Source: Lama guanicoe (lineage: Eukaryota). Taken from it: a stretch of 64,000 bases of DNA. A program made the translations under genes and the position numbers. Numbering within the stretch: position 1 is the first letter of the stretch; each line of letters starts with the position of its first letter. Of the stretch, positions 62,415 through 64,000 are shown one piece after another. The stretch spans positions 2,330,282 to 2,394,281 of the forward strand of contig MU054400.1 of NCBI GenBank assembly GCA_013239625.1, in the 5' to 3' direction. The notes under the pieces are model-generated. The model saw only the letters and a program-made list of their open reading frames with translations, was not told where the DNA came from and made no database searches.

Positions 62415-63559
62415 TCTTTATAGGCTTATTCTGATATCTGGCTGCGTTAAGGATGCCATTCAGCTAGGACTAGGGGTGGATTTGAGGCAGGGTTTATTGC
62501 AGGGCACTGAGACCATGAATGGTAGCCACAAGATCCAAAGGGCTGCAGAGCTGTCAGAAGATGGAACAGATGTAATAAAACTCAGAACATAAGGGCTGTG
62601 TGCGGCCCTAGATATCATGCATCCATTCAGCAGAGCTCTTGTGGTCTTCCTCTGCCTTGCCAAGCTGCCTACCTGGTTGGTGTGGCCAAGAGGTGGTCCC
62701 GTCCTGCGGAGTGTGAGCAGGAGATACTCCTCCCCCCCTGCCTCCTCCTTCTGCACAGAGTTATTATTATTACTTATTAATGTAACTTCGCAGAGGGAGG
62801 AAAAGCAGAGCACGTATGACCACTCGATGTGTTTGCCTGTCTTTGGTCTCCTTCCCGCTAATGCCTGAGCCAGCGGGGAGGCTTCTTTTTGTAGCCCCCA
62901 TGGATGGCTTAGCCTCACCTGCTGGCACTGTGGCTGTTTATCACTGGCCTCTGTTCTGGTTGGTTTGTGCCTGTATTGAATATTTTGATGACCACCCGAC
63001 CCTATGTCACATCCCTCCTCTGCCATCAAGCCATAAGGACTGTGGCTTTGCTGTCACAGCCGGAAGGGCTGTCGTCTCTACACGGAGGAGAACTCTCTGA
63101 GCTGGGTGCCACATACTCTGCTCCTGATTTATTAAAGCTGGGACATTAAGGAATTTGGAAAATCCTCTCTAGAGGAGATAGTTCAGTTTGTAAGGCTATT
63201 ATCTTGATGCCTAATCCTAATTTGCCTACCAGACTCTACATATTACCGTTTTTGCTTCTGTAATGAATCCTAATCCTCCCCCAGATGGACAATTCAGGCC
63301 AGCTGGGGGAGAGGTCATATACTCAGAAGAGCAAAAGAGAAAAACGCCCTAATAGTTTTCAAAGCATTATCCCATTACACTGTACTGAGCTAAGCACTGG
63401 GGCAGGCCCTGGGGCCCCAAAGATGGGTAATACTATCAACCTGGAGGAGAAGGATGGAAATGAATAACTGCAACCAGGTCATTAGCTCTAGAGTGGTGAT
63501 GTGTTCAAAAGGGCATGGAAATTCAGAGGACACAAGTAACCATATTCAAGGGAATGGAA

Positions 63560-63790
63560 TAATAATATTAACATTAGCTAAATTATATTAAGAGCTTATT
63601 TTTCAGGCACTGGGCTAAGTAACTTAAGTCACTTCTCCTAAGTAACCCCATGGCCTACCTACCATTATTTTCCCCATTTTCCAGATGAAGATCTCAAGGC
63701 GTGGAGGGGTTAAGTACCTGATTAAGGTGGCCCAGCTGACAGAGGTGGGACAATCAGGGCACAGCAACTTGAATCTAAGCCATTTTCTGT
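63560..63790 (-). mobile_element. MIR SINE nested in an L2 remnant (~63330-63840)
   Basis: 'caggcactgggctaag...attattttccccattttccagatga...ggggttaagt'; flanking L2 'aaggaaggcttc.gagaggaggtgacattt'. Confidence 0.8.
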
Positions 63791-64000
63791 ATTGTTTCCA
63801 TCAAGGAAGGCTTCAGAGAGGAGGTGACATTTGGTGTCTGCTAATACTACCTTTTTGTTTGAGATATGTGGAACTAAAGCCCAAGGCCATGTCAGTTGGT
63901 GTCAAGTCAGGGTTTCTTCCTTGGTCCCAGGTGCCTTTCACAGTGGACCTGGCTCTGAGGAGGCTGGAGAGCTTCCACCATATGTATGAAGAATCAGAGA

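Noticed and set aside
62460..63029. 189-aa minus-strand ORF
   Set aside because: No recognisable homology; adjoins LTR-derived sequence; likely chance.

Overview
Mammalian, mostly non-coding DNA. It is most likely camelid (alpaca/camel), because two tRNA-derived SINEs match the camelid vic-1 type. I recognise no host protein-coding exon. The only ORFs with recognisable homology are LINE-1 ORF2 fragments (1-521 and ~55845-55960 on +; ~1915-4027 on -). The window is a patchwork of interspersed repeats: L1, L2, MIR, MaLR/ERV solo LTRs, hAT-Charlie and Tigger elements. Many still have readable target-site duplications (TSDs) and nesting. A CpG island at ~12.7-13.4 kb has a strong minus-strand splice donor and is probably the promoter/first exon of a leftward gene that I cannot name. 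Several candidate + strand exons to the right could belong to a divergent non-coding transcript. I found no convincing novel biological system. The best leads are a possibly twin-primed L1, a target site apparently used twice, an old local duplication, a micro-inversion cluster and candidate splice/enhancer architecture. Repeat subfamily names come from recalled consensus sequences. Boundaries without TSDs are approximate.
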